A stretch of 64,000 nucleotides of DNA from Rebecca billardiae RCC1528 (taxonomy: Eukaryota; Protista; Haptophyta), in the NCBI GenBank assembly GCA_965240325.2, contig OZ251223.1:186001-250000 (forward strand), read 5' to 3'. The translations under genes and the position numbers were made by a program. The notes beneath the pieces are model-generated. The model had not been told where the DNA came from and did not search any database. It was given only the letters and a program-made list of their open reading frames with translations. Positions 9,262 through 21,092 of the stretch are shown piece after piece. The stretch's first letter is position 1. Each line of letters opens with the position of its first letter.

Positions 9262-10343
9262 ATGGGCAAGGGACCGGGTGCGCGCTCGATGCGCGCGCGC
9301 AAGCGGCACCGTGCGGTGGACGGACATGTGCGCGACCCTCCCGGCCGCTCTTCGCCGCGCGTGGAGACGTGGCCCGCGCGGCGCGCCGCGCGCGCGGCGC
9401 TAATTGAGCGGCGCTCCGCAATCAGCGGCGCGCGTGCGCGAGCTGACGCCGCTCCCCGCGCCGCGCCGCGCGCGGATCTCGGGCTGGCACGGGCGGCGCA
9501 GGGAAGTTCGGCGATCTGGGCAAGGCCGCGTCCGACCTGCTCAACAAGGACTACGGCGTGGGCAGGAACACAGTCGAGCTGAAGACAAAGGCGCCAGACT
9601 CGGTCACGTTCACAACGAACGGCGCGCACAAGGTGGGCGGCGCGGCGGACGCGAGCGTGCAGGCGGAGTGCAAGCCGGTGGCGGGGATCACCGTCAAGGC
9701 CAAGGTCGACACGGCGGGCGTCACCTCCACCACGCTCGAGTCCGAGGGCCACCTCGTCAAGGGGCTCAAGATGACGCTCGCGGGCGCGACGCCGCCGCTC
9801 GACAAGGCCGGGCTGCTCGCGTCGGCGGCGTGCTCGCTCGAGTACTCGGCGGACACCGTCTCGGCGCTGTGCTCGTACGACCACCTCAAGGGCGCCGCCG
9901 CCGCCTCGGGCGTCGTCTCGTACGCCGCGCTCAAGGGCGGCGCGTCCGTGCTGTACGACGTCAACAAGGGCGCGCTCAAGCTCGCGCAGCTCAAGCTCGC
10001 GCTGGGCAAGCCCGGGTACGCGGTCGTGGGCTCGGTCAAGTCGGACCTGAAGGCGACGCCCGAGCTGGGCTGCTCGTACCACCACGACGTGGGCGGCGAC
10101 ATGCAGGTCGCCGCCGAGGTCGGGCTCGTCCCTGGCGGCAAGACCAGCTTCGCCGCGGGCGCGGTCTGGGCGCTCGACAAGGAGTCGACCGCCAAGGCCA
10201 AGGTGGACACCGCCGGCATGCTCGGCCTCTCGTACAAGCGCAAGCTGAGCAAGGTGACGACGGTGGTGCTCGCCGGCTGCTTCGACCTGAACATGGACGG
10301 CTCGAAGACCAAGACGGGCGTCGCGATCACGCTCGCGCCGTGA
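9262..10343 (+). CDS. VDAC: Mitochondrial outer-membrane porin (VDAC); exons 9262-9277 and 9502-10343
   Basis: The spliced N-terminus MGKGPGKFGDLGKAASDLLNKDY matches the VDAC N-terminal helix. Alternating beta-strand pattern and KAKVD motifs. GT-AG intron 9278-9501. Confidence 0.9.
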
Positions 10344-11571
10344 GCGCCCGCACGCCGAGGACCCGCGGGGCGAGAGCCGGAGGGCGGAGGGGCGCGCGCG
10401 CGCTGCGCTGGCTGCTGCACGGCAGCGCGCCGCGCGCGCACGCGCGAGCACACTTCCATGTCTGCACCACAGAGGGCGTGTCCACCTGGGGACCGCCACG
10501 GCGCCCCAGGCTGTCGAGAGTCGGCCGCGCGGCGGCTGGCGCGGGGGTGACGCTGACGAGTTTGCGTTGAGCGCCTGAGTGCTTCGGGCCCACCGCGGAC
10601 TCTCGATGCCCCCGGATTATCAGCCCGCCTGATCGGGGCGCGGGGGGCCGCGGCTGAGTCGCCACGGAAGCCTCCTCTGCGTGCATGCACATATGTGGGT
10701 ACCTTAGTTTACGCCACTCGACAGGAGCCTGTGCACGAGCAATCGTTTCTCCTTAGCCTTAGGAAACGATGCCAGCATGTGAACGCCTTCTGAAGCGGCG
10801 CACCCACAGGGTCAGTCTCGGAACAAGCCCTTGACCCGGCTACAGTACAGGGGGGTCCAGATGGTGGGCCCCACTTTGGCGGTGGCTGGCCAGGTAGTGC
10901 GGCACGTCCGTGCCTCTGGACGGGCATTGAGCGGTGGCGAGGTCGCCAAATGGCGTGGCGTGGTCCCAGACAAGGTTGTTACTAGTCCTGATCAGCTTGC
11001 TAGCCATGCCGGTCGTTGATCACCCTGCCGTTGACAGGCGCGCACACGCCAAACGTATTCGCACGGCAGCCGTGTCGGACGGCGGTCGCACGACTACCGC
11101 GCAGCCAACCTTGCTCGTCAGATCCACGGCTTGTAGGGTCAGATGGACCATTGCCAGGCATGCACCGTCGCAATGCATGCCCCAGAGGGCAGTATGACCG
11201 TCAGAACGGTGATCCTGGCCGCTACCTGCCCATCCTTCTCATGCGCAACCTCACCGGCGCGCCGGTCGTACGGGGTCGTGGACGTGGACGTGAGAGTGGT
11301 CGAAAAGTCGGAAGGGAAGCTGTCACTCACGCGCACGCGCTCGTACGGCGACGCCGACCTGCCTACGCCACGCCCCAGTGACCGGGCCGTGGCGCTGGGG
11401 CCTTAGATCGCGTTGGGACGGGCATTCACGCCCGCCATGGCTTCCCTTCCGAAGTGGGAAACTTCATCTGGCCCCCCCTGTATGCCTACTACTATGACGA
11501 CAGTAAAGTTACGCCATTCATCAGTGGGATGTCTCGTCCAAATGTCGTCGATCTGAATCATCTGATCATCA

Positions 11572-12417
11572 TTGTCATCAGATTCATCACGCCGCACTGC
11601 CCACGATCCCTCGTCCGGGCGAAACACAACCGATGGCGGACGCCCGCGTCGTGGCCGCCGCGCCGCAGCGCTCGCGATGGGCTTGCACCCGCGGCTTGGC
11701 GCGCACAGCCCGCTCGCGCGGCTCCCCCCGGACTGTCTCCGACGTATCGCCGGCTTCGTCCGCCTGCTGAACACGCGCTGGCTCTGCGCCATCACCGCGC
11801 GCACCGGTCTGTACGTGGACTGCGTCGCCTTCCACTACTCCGATGGCACGAGCACGACGTGGGGCGGGCGGGGCGGGCAGGAGCGCACGACCTTCCGGCT
11901 GCTACCCGGCGAGTACATCACCAGCGTGCGTGGACGCCTCGGCGACTACCTGGACAGCGTCGCCTTTCTCACGAGCCGCGGGCGCATGTCGCCCCGCTGG
12001 GGCGGGCCGGGCGGCCGGCCGTTCGTCCTCGAGCTGTCGGCGGGCGAAGAGGCGTTCGCCCTGGCGGTGCAGATGGATCGGCAGACGGGGTACCCGCAGG
12101 ACCTTGCGCTCGTGTCGCGCCGCGCGCCCTCCGCCGAGGACGCCGAGGACGCCGCCAGGCTCGGCCTACCTGGGTTTGGCGCATCCGCGCGCAGCTGCTA
12201 CTGCAGGCCGCAGCAGCTGAGCCCAAAGGCACTGCTCCCCACAGCCGCCACAGCGGCCGCTGCTCACGCGGGTGGCTCTCGCCGCCGGGCGGCAGCAGAG
12301 AGAGCCGCAGTGTGGACGGTGGGGGACGACGAAGCCGACTCACGGCAGTCCTCCTCGTCGCGGTCATCACTATCAGCCGCGGATCAGTCAGCGGACCACT
12401 CAGATGATGACGAATGA
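11572..12417 (+). CDS. Jacalin-like lectin domain protein with N-terminal F-box-like segment (start uncertain; in-frame ATG at 11677)
   Basis: The stretch VDCVAFHYSDG..WGGRGG..F.LLPGEYITSVRG..LDSVAFLTSRGRMSPRWGGPGG matches the jacalin beta-prism. It is preceded by LHPRLGAHSPLARLPPDCLRRI. Confidence 0.7.
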   Translation: MSSDSSRRTAHDPSSGRNTTDGGRPRRGRRAAALAMGLHPRLGAHSPLARLPPDCLRRIAGFVRLLNTRWLCAITARTGLYVDCVAFHYSDGTSTTWGGRGGQERTTFRLLPGEYITSVRGRLGDYLDSVAFLTSRGRMSPRWGGPGGRPFVLELSAGEEAFALAVQMDRQTGYPQDLALVSRRAPSAEDAEDAARLGLPGFGASARSCYCRPQQLSPKALLPTAATAAAAHAGGSRRRAAAERAAVWTVGDDEADSRQSSSSRSSLSAADQSADHSDDDE

Positions 12418-13404
12418 TTATTAATTGATGACAGTATATATAGAGCGATGCTGATGATGACGATGACGCGATGATGACGATGATCGATCATCGGCGATCA
12501 GACTGCTATAGCTGAGACGCAGCCCGCCACGACGGCCAGCAGCACTCAGCACGGGCTGATCGGCTGACACTCTAATCGCGGCCACGCGGCGTCAATAAGT
12601 TGATGCGCCTTCGGACCATGCAGTGACCGGCGGCGCTGGCGGCGCGAAACCGCCCGTAGCTTACTATACAGCAGGCGCGCATCAATCGCGCGGGCAATAA
12701 GAAATCATCAGCGGAGATCTCACGGCGAGCTAGTCTCGCGGTTGCTTAGCCCTTCGGTAGCCCGAGCGCCTGAGACGGAGTCTATCCGTTTCTTAGCTAG
12801 GTCCGCCCGCCGCGCAGGCGCGGGGGGCGCAGGGGGGCAGATCCCCCCGCTGAGTCTTTATTCAGCCTTTAGGCCCGGCCGGCGAGGCCGAAGAAAACAA
12901 TTATTGGGCCATCATCATTTTGGAGCAATAAATCTGGCATGATGTTGCATGGATGCCGCGGTGCCCGCGGTGCACTAGCTGGCCAGGAGTCAGTCAGGAG
13001 AAGTCGGTACCACCAGACTTGCTGGCCTGTACTCGTAGTCGCCAGTCGGGCCGCGCGCCGCGTCCCACGGGCGGCATTGCCGCCTCGGCGGACCGCACGT
13101 CAGCCGCGACGACGTAGTCCCGGTTTCTTAGTGTGACTATGGGTATAGGCTATAGCGAACCAGCAGCCAATCGCTAGTCTCAGTTTCTAGGCCAGATGAT
13201 CCGCGTAGATACGTACAGCAGTAGCAAGCCCCAGTTTCTCATCAACGTGACAGCTCCTATATATATTGCCGCCCGCGATTATTATGCGCCTGTATATCTG
13301 ACTCCGCTGACGGCGTAGTAGCTCAGAGTTAGTGATTGACGAGTCATTATGAGCAGCAGTGATAACTGCGCTGCTGATATAAACGACTGTGACTGCTGCT
13401 ATAT

Positions 13405-14244
13405 GTATAGTGTAGTTAGTCATCGTGATGACGACGAGCCTGTATATTCGTCGTGTATACCGCCCCGGCAGCACGCGGTATATGATACGCGCGCATCAAT
13501 AATGCTGCGGCCATAATGGTGACGACACTCGTCGCGGGGACTGAGTAGTAGATGAATGCTTACACGCCGCGACTGCGGCGGACTGTCACTGTGTCGTGTG
13601 GACTGCTCGTAAATATAAATAAGCGCGCAGCACGGTCGGTCACGTCACGTGAGTCAGTAGCAGTCATCTCGGACGCGGCGGCCTTCGGGCGCGCGACTCT
13701 GCCCGGCGCGGATGCCGCCGTCGGAGCGGACGCGTCGTCGGCTCGCAGCCGGGCTGCGTCAGGCCGCCCCCGCCCCGGGCCCAGACGGTCCGGCCACGCC
13801 CGCGTCGCCGCCCGCCGGCGGTATAGTGTAGTTAGTCATCGTGATGACGAGCCTGTATTCGTGTATACCGCGCCCCGGCAGCACGTCGGTATATGATACG
13901 CGCGCATCAATAATGCTGGCCATAATGGTGACGACACTCGTCGCGGGGACTGAGTACGTAGCGCAGTAGATGAATGCTTATTACACGCCGCGACTGCGGC
14001 GGACTGTCACTGTGTCGTGTGGACTGCTCGTAATAAATATAAATAAGCGCGCAGCACGGTCGGTCACGTCACGTGAGTCAGTAGCAGTCATCTCGGACGC
14101 GGCGGCCTTCGGGCGCGCGACTCTGCCCGGCGCGGATGCCGCCGTCGGAGCGGACGCGTCGTCGGCTCGCAGCCGGGCTGCGTCAGGCCGCGCCCGCCCC
14201 GGGCCCAGACGGTCCGGCCACGCCCGCGTCGCCGCCCGCCGGCG
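13405..14244. repeat. ~420-bp tandem duplication (13405-13820 / 13821-14244) covering the stop codon and 3' region of the channel gene
   Basis: Both copies start gtatagtgtagttagtcatcgtgatgac and end cgccgcccgccggcg. Confidence 0.9.
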
Positions 14245-17200
14245 GCGCCCCGCTCGCGTGGCCCGCGCCCGCCGGCGGCGCCCGCTGCGCCGTCGCGTAC
14301 GCGCACTCGCGCCAGTAGCCCTCGCGCCGCGGCCCCCACAGCCGGTGGCCCGCGCTCGGGTGCGCGAGCAGGTGCGCGCTCAGCGCCGCCCACGCCTCGA
14401 ACGAGAGGCGGCGCACGTCCGCGACCGTGCCCATCACCGAGTCCCACTCGCGCACCGCGGCGGCGATCGCGCGCGCCTCGTCCTCGCTCCAGCGGCACAC
14501 GCCCGCGAGCTCGGCGGCGAACGGCTCGAGCCCGAGCCCGTCTGGGTAAAGGTAGTCGGCGCGCTCGAGTGCCGCGCCGGTGGCCGCGCCGGCGAGCGCG
14601 GAGCTGGCGACGCCCGCCGCGCCCGCCGGCGCGGCGAACCCGATCCTGCCGCCGGCGGCGCGCAGCACCGCCGCGGTCGCGTCGTGGCCGCAGCGCAGGC
14701 AGTCGTACAGCGGCGTGTTGCCGAAGCGGTCGACTACGTTCGGGTCGGCCGCGTGCGCCAGCAGCAGCTCCACGAGCCGCGTCGCGCCCTCGGACGCGGC
14801 GACGTGCAGCGCGGTGCGCGCGTCGTAGTCGGCCGCGTCGGGCGCCGCGCCGCACACGAGCAGCGCGCGCAGCAGCTCGCGCTCGCCGCGCATCGCCACC
14901 TCGCACAGCTTGCCCGCCGTCTGCTCCGGCCCCATGCGCAGCTCAAAGCCGCGCGCGGCGAGTGACTCTGCGAGCGCTGTGTGCCGGTGGACGATCGCGT
15001 CGAGCAGCGGCGTGCTGCCGAAGCGGTCGAGCGGGCTCCGCTCCGCGCCCGCGCCGACGAGCAGCTCGAGCGCGGCGCCGTTGCCCTCCGCCGCGGCCAC
15101 GTGCAGCGGCGTGCGCCCGTCGTAGTCCGCGCCGTTCACGCCGGCGCCGCAGCCAACCAGCGTGCGCAGCAGCTCGAGCTCGCCCTCCTTGGCCGCGGCG
15201 CACAGCCGCCCCGCCGCCTCCGCGGGCCCGAGCCGCAGCTCGAAGCCCTCGGCCGCGAGCTCGAGCGCGAGCGAGCGGTGGCCGTGGCGCACGGCGTCGG
15301 CGAGCGGCGTGTTGCCGAACCGGTCGACCGCGTTGCGCGCCGCGCCGTGCTCGAGCAGCGCGCGCACGATCGCGCGCGCGCCCTCGCTCGCGGCCACGTG
15401 CAGCGGCGTGCGCTTGTCGTAGTCGCAGCACGTCGCGCGCGCGCCGCAGCCCAGCCAGTGGCGCAGCAGCTCGAGCTCGCCCGTCTTGGCCATCTCGCAC
15501 AGGCGCGCCGCCTCGTCCGACTCCGACATGGCCAGCCGGCCGCCGCGCTCGGCGATCAGCCGCGCCGACTCGAGCCTGCCGCCCTCGAGCGCGGCGCGCA
15601 GCGGCGTGTTGCCAAAGCGATCGACGAGCCGCGTGTCGGCGCGCGCGTCGAGCAGGTGGCGCACGATGTGGACGTGCCCCTCGGACGCGCCGATGTGCAG
15701 CGCGGTGCGGCCGTCGTAGTCGGCCGCGTCGACCGCGACGTCGCGCAGCAGCAGCTTGCACCGCTGCAGCTCGCCCGCGCCCGCCGCGTAGCAGAGCTCG
15801 GTCACGGCGCCCTCGGCACGGTGCCGCTCGAGCGCGCGCAGACGCGCTGGGAACGCACCGTCGTCTGCAGGCGTGCCGCGCAGCGCCTTGAGCGCGTTCG
15901 ACTGCAGCCGCGCGAGCGCGCCCGGGTGCTCTGAGAGCGCGGCGGCAAACTCGGCGCGGCGCAGGCTGAGCAGGCTGCTGCGCCCCGCGGAGCGCGCGTC
16001 CTCCGGGCTTGCGACGCCGAACACAAACGCGGCGGCGCACACGGCCTCGCCGCTGCGCTCGACCACCGCCACGCCGCCGCTGTCATCCGCCGCCGCGGCG
16101 GCGCGGCGCGAGGACGAGGTGACGGAGCGGCGGCGGCGCGAGGCGGCGCGCGCGGGCCGCTTCATGGAGCCGCTGCCGCCGCCGTCGCGCACGCTGCCGC
16201 CCACGGTCGTCGAGCTCCCCAGCGAGTCGCCCGTGTCCGTGCGCGCGCGTGAGACGGCCGAGGCGGCGCCGCCCGTGTCCGCGCGCGCGCGGCTCACCAC
16301 GCCGCGCAGCGGCGGCGTCGCCGCGCCCGAGGCGGAGTGCGTGCGGTGCAGCGCGCCGGGCAGCGGCAGGTTGGGCCCCGACCCGGCGGGCTCGGCCGCG
16401 GCAGCCGCCGTCGTCGTCGCCGCCGCCGTGGTCGTCGGCGGCGGCGGCGGCGGCGGCGGCGCGAGCGCATCGGCGCCTCGCGTGACGACGACTGCGCCCT
16501 GCTCGAGCAGCAGCAGCTCGAGCGGCACCTGCGGGCGTGGACGCGCGCGCAGCGCAGCGGCGTGCGTGCGAGTTCAGAGTGGGGGTGGCGCCCCGCGCGC
16601 GGTGGCCATCGGCTCTCAGCCCGGCGCCTGCCCCGCTGCACCGGGCGCCGGCGTCCGCGCACCAACGCCCGCCTCGATCTCGCCTCCCGCCGCGGCCCCG
16701 CTGCCCGCGCACACGCCCCCGCGCGCACGCACGCACGCACACGCACGCACGCACACGCGCCCACGCGCACGCACGCGCACGCGCGCACGCACGCACGCAC
16801 CGTGCCCGCCTGCACGAGCCTCTCCTCGTCCAGAAAGATCACCCGCACGAACGCCGAGGCGAGGAGCTCGAGCGCGGCGGGCGCGACGCCGGCGACGAGC
16901 GGCGCGGAGGCGAGCAGCCGCGAGTTCGCCGAGCGCAGCACGCGCGCGCGCAGCCCGCGCGTCATGTGCGCGAGGATCTCGTCGTCGTCGTCGTTGTGTT
17001 CGTACGCGCTGCGAAAGTGCTCGCGCACGAGCGCGCGCGTCGGCGCGTCGATCGAGCGCTTGCGCAGGTAGGCCTCGACGGCGCCCATCTTCTTGCGGTA
17101 CCGCTCGATCTTGGCGTCGTGGCCGATCAGCAGCGACGTGAGCTCCGCCAGGTTGTACGCGAACACCACCGTGCTCGCGATAATGACGAAGATGGCGAAG

Positions 17201-18393
17201 CAGAACTCCGCCTGCGTGCCGTGCAGCACCGTGTCAGCATGGCCGACGGTCGTGATCGTCATCAGCGCCCAGAAGAAGGAGCGGAGGTAGAGCGAGGCGA
17301 TCGGGAGCTGCTCGGCGGGCAGCGCGGACCACTTCACGCCCGGCGACACCTCCGCCCACACCGCCGACTGGTAGTGCCCGCACACCGGCGCCAGCCCGCC
17401 GTGCGCGCCGTACACGGCCGCGAGCAGCGGGTCCTGCAGCCGGTCGGTCGGCGCGTCGCCGCAGTAGCCGAGCCGCGAGGCGAGGAAGAAGAGGCATGCC
17501 ATGACGTGCGCGCAGAGGCAGGAGAGGACGAGCACCTTGCCCAGCTTCACCGCCGTGAACGACGTGTCGTCGCTCAGCGCCAGCCGCCGCATGAAACGGC
17601 CGAGCTGCGAAGCAACCAGCAGTCGCGTCAGGCGGACAAACGGCAGCAGCGGGTACGCGCGCGCGCCGCCGCGCGCCGCGAGGACGAGCGCGTCGAGGGG
17701 CAGCGCGGAGAGGAGGAGGAGCGCGTGGAAGGCCACGCCGCCAAAGTCGCCCAGCGCCGCGCGCGCGGACACCTCGCGCGCCGCGGGCGCGAGCGCGGCC
17801 GCGCTCGCGCCGCCGTCGCCGTCGTCGGCCGTCGCGGCCGCGGCCGCGGCCGCCGCGGCCGTGTCGGCGGCGGAGGGCGTGACGCGCGAGGAGCCGCCGC
17901 GCAGCGCGCGCGCCAGGCGCGCGCACACCGTGCGCAGCTGCGCGCGCGCGCCCAGATCGGAGAGCGCCACCGCCCCCACGCCCGCCGCGCGCGCGTACGT
18001 GCGCTCGTGCCGCTCGATCGCGTCGCGCCACCCGTCCGCGATCGTGGGCACGAGCGCGCAGACGACGGCGAGGTCGACGGCGTAGTCGAGGGCGTAGCTG
18101 GGGCCGACGGAGAACGTCATGCACAGGCGGAACGGCACGAGGACCACGTACAGCACCGTGCTCACGCCGAGCACGATCTGCGGCACGTCAAAGCCGCCGC
18201 CGCCGCCGCCGCCACCCTCTGCCTCGCCCTCGCGCTCAGGCTCGGCGGGCGCGGCGGGCGGCGCGGCGGGCATCGACATCTCGGGCGCCTGAGACGCCTC
18301 GGGCAGCGGCGGCACGCGCGCCTCCGGCACACTCCCGTCGAACGCCACGCGGTCGTGGGCGGCCTTGGGCTCGGCCTTCGCGCTGGCGGACAT
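14183..18393 (-). CDS. Shaker/AKT-like 6TM cation channel with CNBD-like domain and many ankyrin repeats; exons 18393-16801 and 16528-14183
   Basis: TM segments, S4-like FVRLTRLL, pore YLRSFFWALMTITTVGHAD, C-linker, CNBD-like region, and five DYDxRTxLH...DRFGxTPL ankyrin pairs. Intron 16529-16800. Confidence 0.85.
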
Positions 18394-18668
18394 GTTGAGC
18401 GACGCGGTCGCGCGGGAACTGATCCCGTCGTCGTGCGTGACGGTTCGCCGATCGCCGGTCGTGCAACAGCCAACAATAACTACGGCATCTTGGTGATGAC
18501 TCAGATTAATATATCAAGATGCATGATTGCGCTACTGGATGACCGCTCCACCATTATTCATGTTTCGCTCGAAAAGCTTCCGAGTCCATAGCTCGCAGCC
18601 TCATCATTTCTCACCCTGATGATTGCTGATTTTCAGGCTCACTTTGGACTGGAGTCACCTCCGGCAGC

Positions 18669-20009
18669 ATGGCTGCCGTTTCGCGCGTGGCGCTCGCCCT
18701 CGGAGCCGCCCTCGGGCTCACCGGCGCGCTCGTGTGCGCGCGGCGCGCCCGCGCCCGGCGGCTCGAGCGCGCCAAGCACGAGCGCGCCATCCGCCGGCTA
18801 TGCGAGCGCCTCCCGAAGGCCGAGCTCCACGCCCACCTGCACGGCTCGGCTCGGCTGTCGACAATCGTCGAGCTCGCGCGCGCCGCCGGCGGCGGCGACG
18901 TGGGCGTCGCGGCGGGGCTCGGCGCGTCGAGCCGCGGGCGCTCGCTGGACGAGTGTTTTGCCATCTTCGCGCTCATCCACCGCGCCGTCCGCACCCGCGC
19001 CGCGCTCGAGCGCGTCGTCGCCGAGGTGTGCGCCGACTTTGCGGCCGATGGCGTCAAGTACCTCGAGCTGCGCTCGACGCCGCGCGCGCTCGAGGGGTGC
19101 GCCAACGCGCGCGAGTACGTGCGCGCGGTGGTGCGCGCGCTCGATGAGTTCGACGCGCGCCAGCGGGCGCAGGCCGCCGCGTGGCCCATGGCCGTCCGGC
19201 TGCTCGTCAGCGTCGACCGCGCGCGCCCGCCCGGCGAGGCGCTCGCCGCAGTCGACGCGGCGGTGGCGCTGCGCGCAGAGGGCGGCGCGGCCGCGCGGCG
19301 GATCGTCGGCGTCGACCTCTCGGGCAACCCGACGCGCGGCTCGTTCGCCGAGCTCGCCCCCGCGCTCGAGCGCGCCCGCGCCGCGGGGCTCCCCGTCGTC
19401 GTCCACGCCGCCGAGGTCGAGGGGCGCGCGGCAGAGACGGACGCGATCCTGGCGTTCGCGCCCGCGCGGCTGGGGCACGCGCTGCACCTGAGCGGCGCGC
19501 AGGTGGCGAGGCTGCGCGCCGCGCCGATCCCGATCGAGCTGTGCCCCACGAGCAACCTCACCACACTCCGCCGCTGGCACATGCGCGAGCACCCCACGGC
19601 GCCGCGCTGGCTCAGCTCCGAGCTGCAGCCGCCGGCGCGCACCGCACACTCGGCACTCGTGGCCGCGCCGCCTTTGGGTGCGGGTGCGCCGCGGGGCGCG
19701 CCGCGGCCGGCACCGCGCCAGCAGGCCGCCCTCGAGCTCGGCGAGGGCGTCAAGTACCCGCGGTACCCGGTCTCGATCAACACCGACGACACGGGCGTCT
19801 TCAACACCACCGCCTCGCGCGAGCTCGCGCGCGTGGCGCTCGAGCTGGCGCTGGCGCCCGAGCGCGTGTGCGCACTCGCCGTGCGCGCGCTTGAGCACGC
19901 GCTGGAGCAGGACACCGCGTGGCTGGGCGCGCAGGCGGCGCGCTTCCGCGTGGACGCCGAGCGCGCGCTCGTGCTGTACTACAGGGAGCTGGAGTACCAT
20001 CACGCGTAG
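18669..20009 (+). CDS. ADAL: Adenosine deaminase-like protein (N6-methyl-AMP deaminase family)
   Basis: LPKAELHAHLHGS, FAADGVKYLELRSTPR, GVDLSGNP, HAAE, RLGHA, ELCPTSN, TDDTGVF. Confidence 0.88.
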   Translation: MAAVSRVALALGAALGLTGALVCARRARARRLERAKHERAIRRLCERLPKAELHAHLHGSARLSTIVELARAAGGGDVGVAAGLGASSRGRSLDECFAIFALIHRAVRTRAALERVVAEVCADFAADGVKYLELRSTPRALEGCANAREYVRAVVRALDEFDARQRAQAAAWPMAVRLLVSVDRARPPGEALAAVDAAVALRAEGGAAARRIVGVDLSGNPTRGSFAELAPALERARAAGLPVVVHAAEVEGRAAETDAILAFAPARLGHALHLSGAQVARLRAAPIPIELCPTSNLTTLRRWHMREHPTAPRWLSSELQPPARTAHSALVAAPPLGAGAPRGAPRPAPRQQAALELGEGVKYPRYPVSINTDDTGVFNTTASRELARVALELALAPERVCALAVRALEHALEQDTAWLGAQAARFRVDAERALVLYYRELEYHHA

Positions 20010-20667
20010 CCGCTGCCAGCGCGGCCGCGGCCGCGCGCGAGCCCGGGCAGCGGCGGCATCAGTCGCCCATATCCTACCGGGATGAATCGCGTGCTCAGAT
20101 AATAGGCCTGCGCTATGACGATGCCGCGGGAACTCGGCCGAATGGCCATGAGGCATGACCATGAGGCATGACGCGATGCCGGCCGCCGCCCCGCGCCGCC
20201 GGGCGGCCGGGCGGGCCCGGCGGGGTCCGGGCCTCTAATAGAATCGGACCCGTGCCGTGCCACCATGCCCATGGAATATAACTCGGATATCCGCCGCCGC
20301 CCGCGCCGGGGCACCGCCGCACCGGCGCGGACCGTGGTCCGTGCGCCGGACTGAGTCATTGTGAGACTGGCGGCGGCGGCCAGTGTCTGACGTGACTCGT
20401 GTAATCAGAAGTGACCCTAACTCGGCGACGTCATCGTCATCGCGTTCATCAATCGTGTTGCGAGCGAATCATCACAGAACGTTGCACTGCTGACGTCTCT
20501 CGGATAGTACTGTTGCCACGTAGACACGATCTTACACTGTCTCACAGTCGGCACTCTCCGATCCAGAAGTGACGCCCCGGGCCTCCCGGCGTGCAACCGC
20601 GAGTGGTAAGCTACACGGTGTGGCCATATGTGCTCGGAGAGAGGGGCGGTCAGAGAGGTGCGAGTGC

Positions 20668-21092
20668 TCACAACACCGGGTCGGCACTCAGCGCTGCGAT
20701 GCGCTCCTCGATCTGTGACCCGACAAAGCCTGCGACTGCGCGGTGGGGAGGGCGACGGGGGCTCATGTGCACGGTTGTAAAACTCAATACCAGCCCGCCG
20801 CGCCACGCGCGCCGGGACGCAGCCACCTGCGCGGCGCCGCACCTTTCTGTTTGCTGCCCGGCGGCCCGTCGAGCCCATCCCCAAAGTCACGCGTCTGCGT
20901 CGGCTCCGGCCCGCCGATGAGCACCTTCTTCGACTGTTGCGGCCCTGTGATGACCTCAAGCTCATACGGCTCCTCCGGCAGCCATACTGAGCAGCGCATG
21001 GCTGTGGTGCACGCGGCCTCGAGCCCCTTCTGCTTGAAGTGGTAGTATAGGCTTGGGTGCGTTTGCGCGTACGAGCGCGTTGGCTCCGACAT
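20668..21092 (-). CDS. Small hypothetical protein (~105 aa); exons 21092-20843 and 20735-20668
   Basis: ATG at 21092. A GTGCGG...GCAG intron (20736-20842) splices in frame to a TGA. No recognised family. Confidence 0.45.

Noticed and set aside
11143-11571. ORF 11143-11406 as an in-frame upstream part of the jacalin gene
   Set aside because: Same frame but separated by three stops, with different composition and no convincing splice sites
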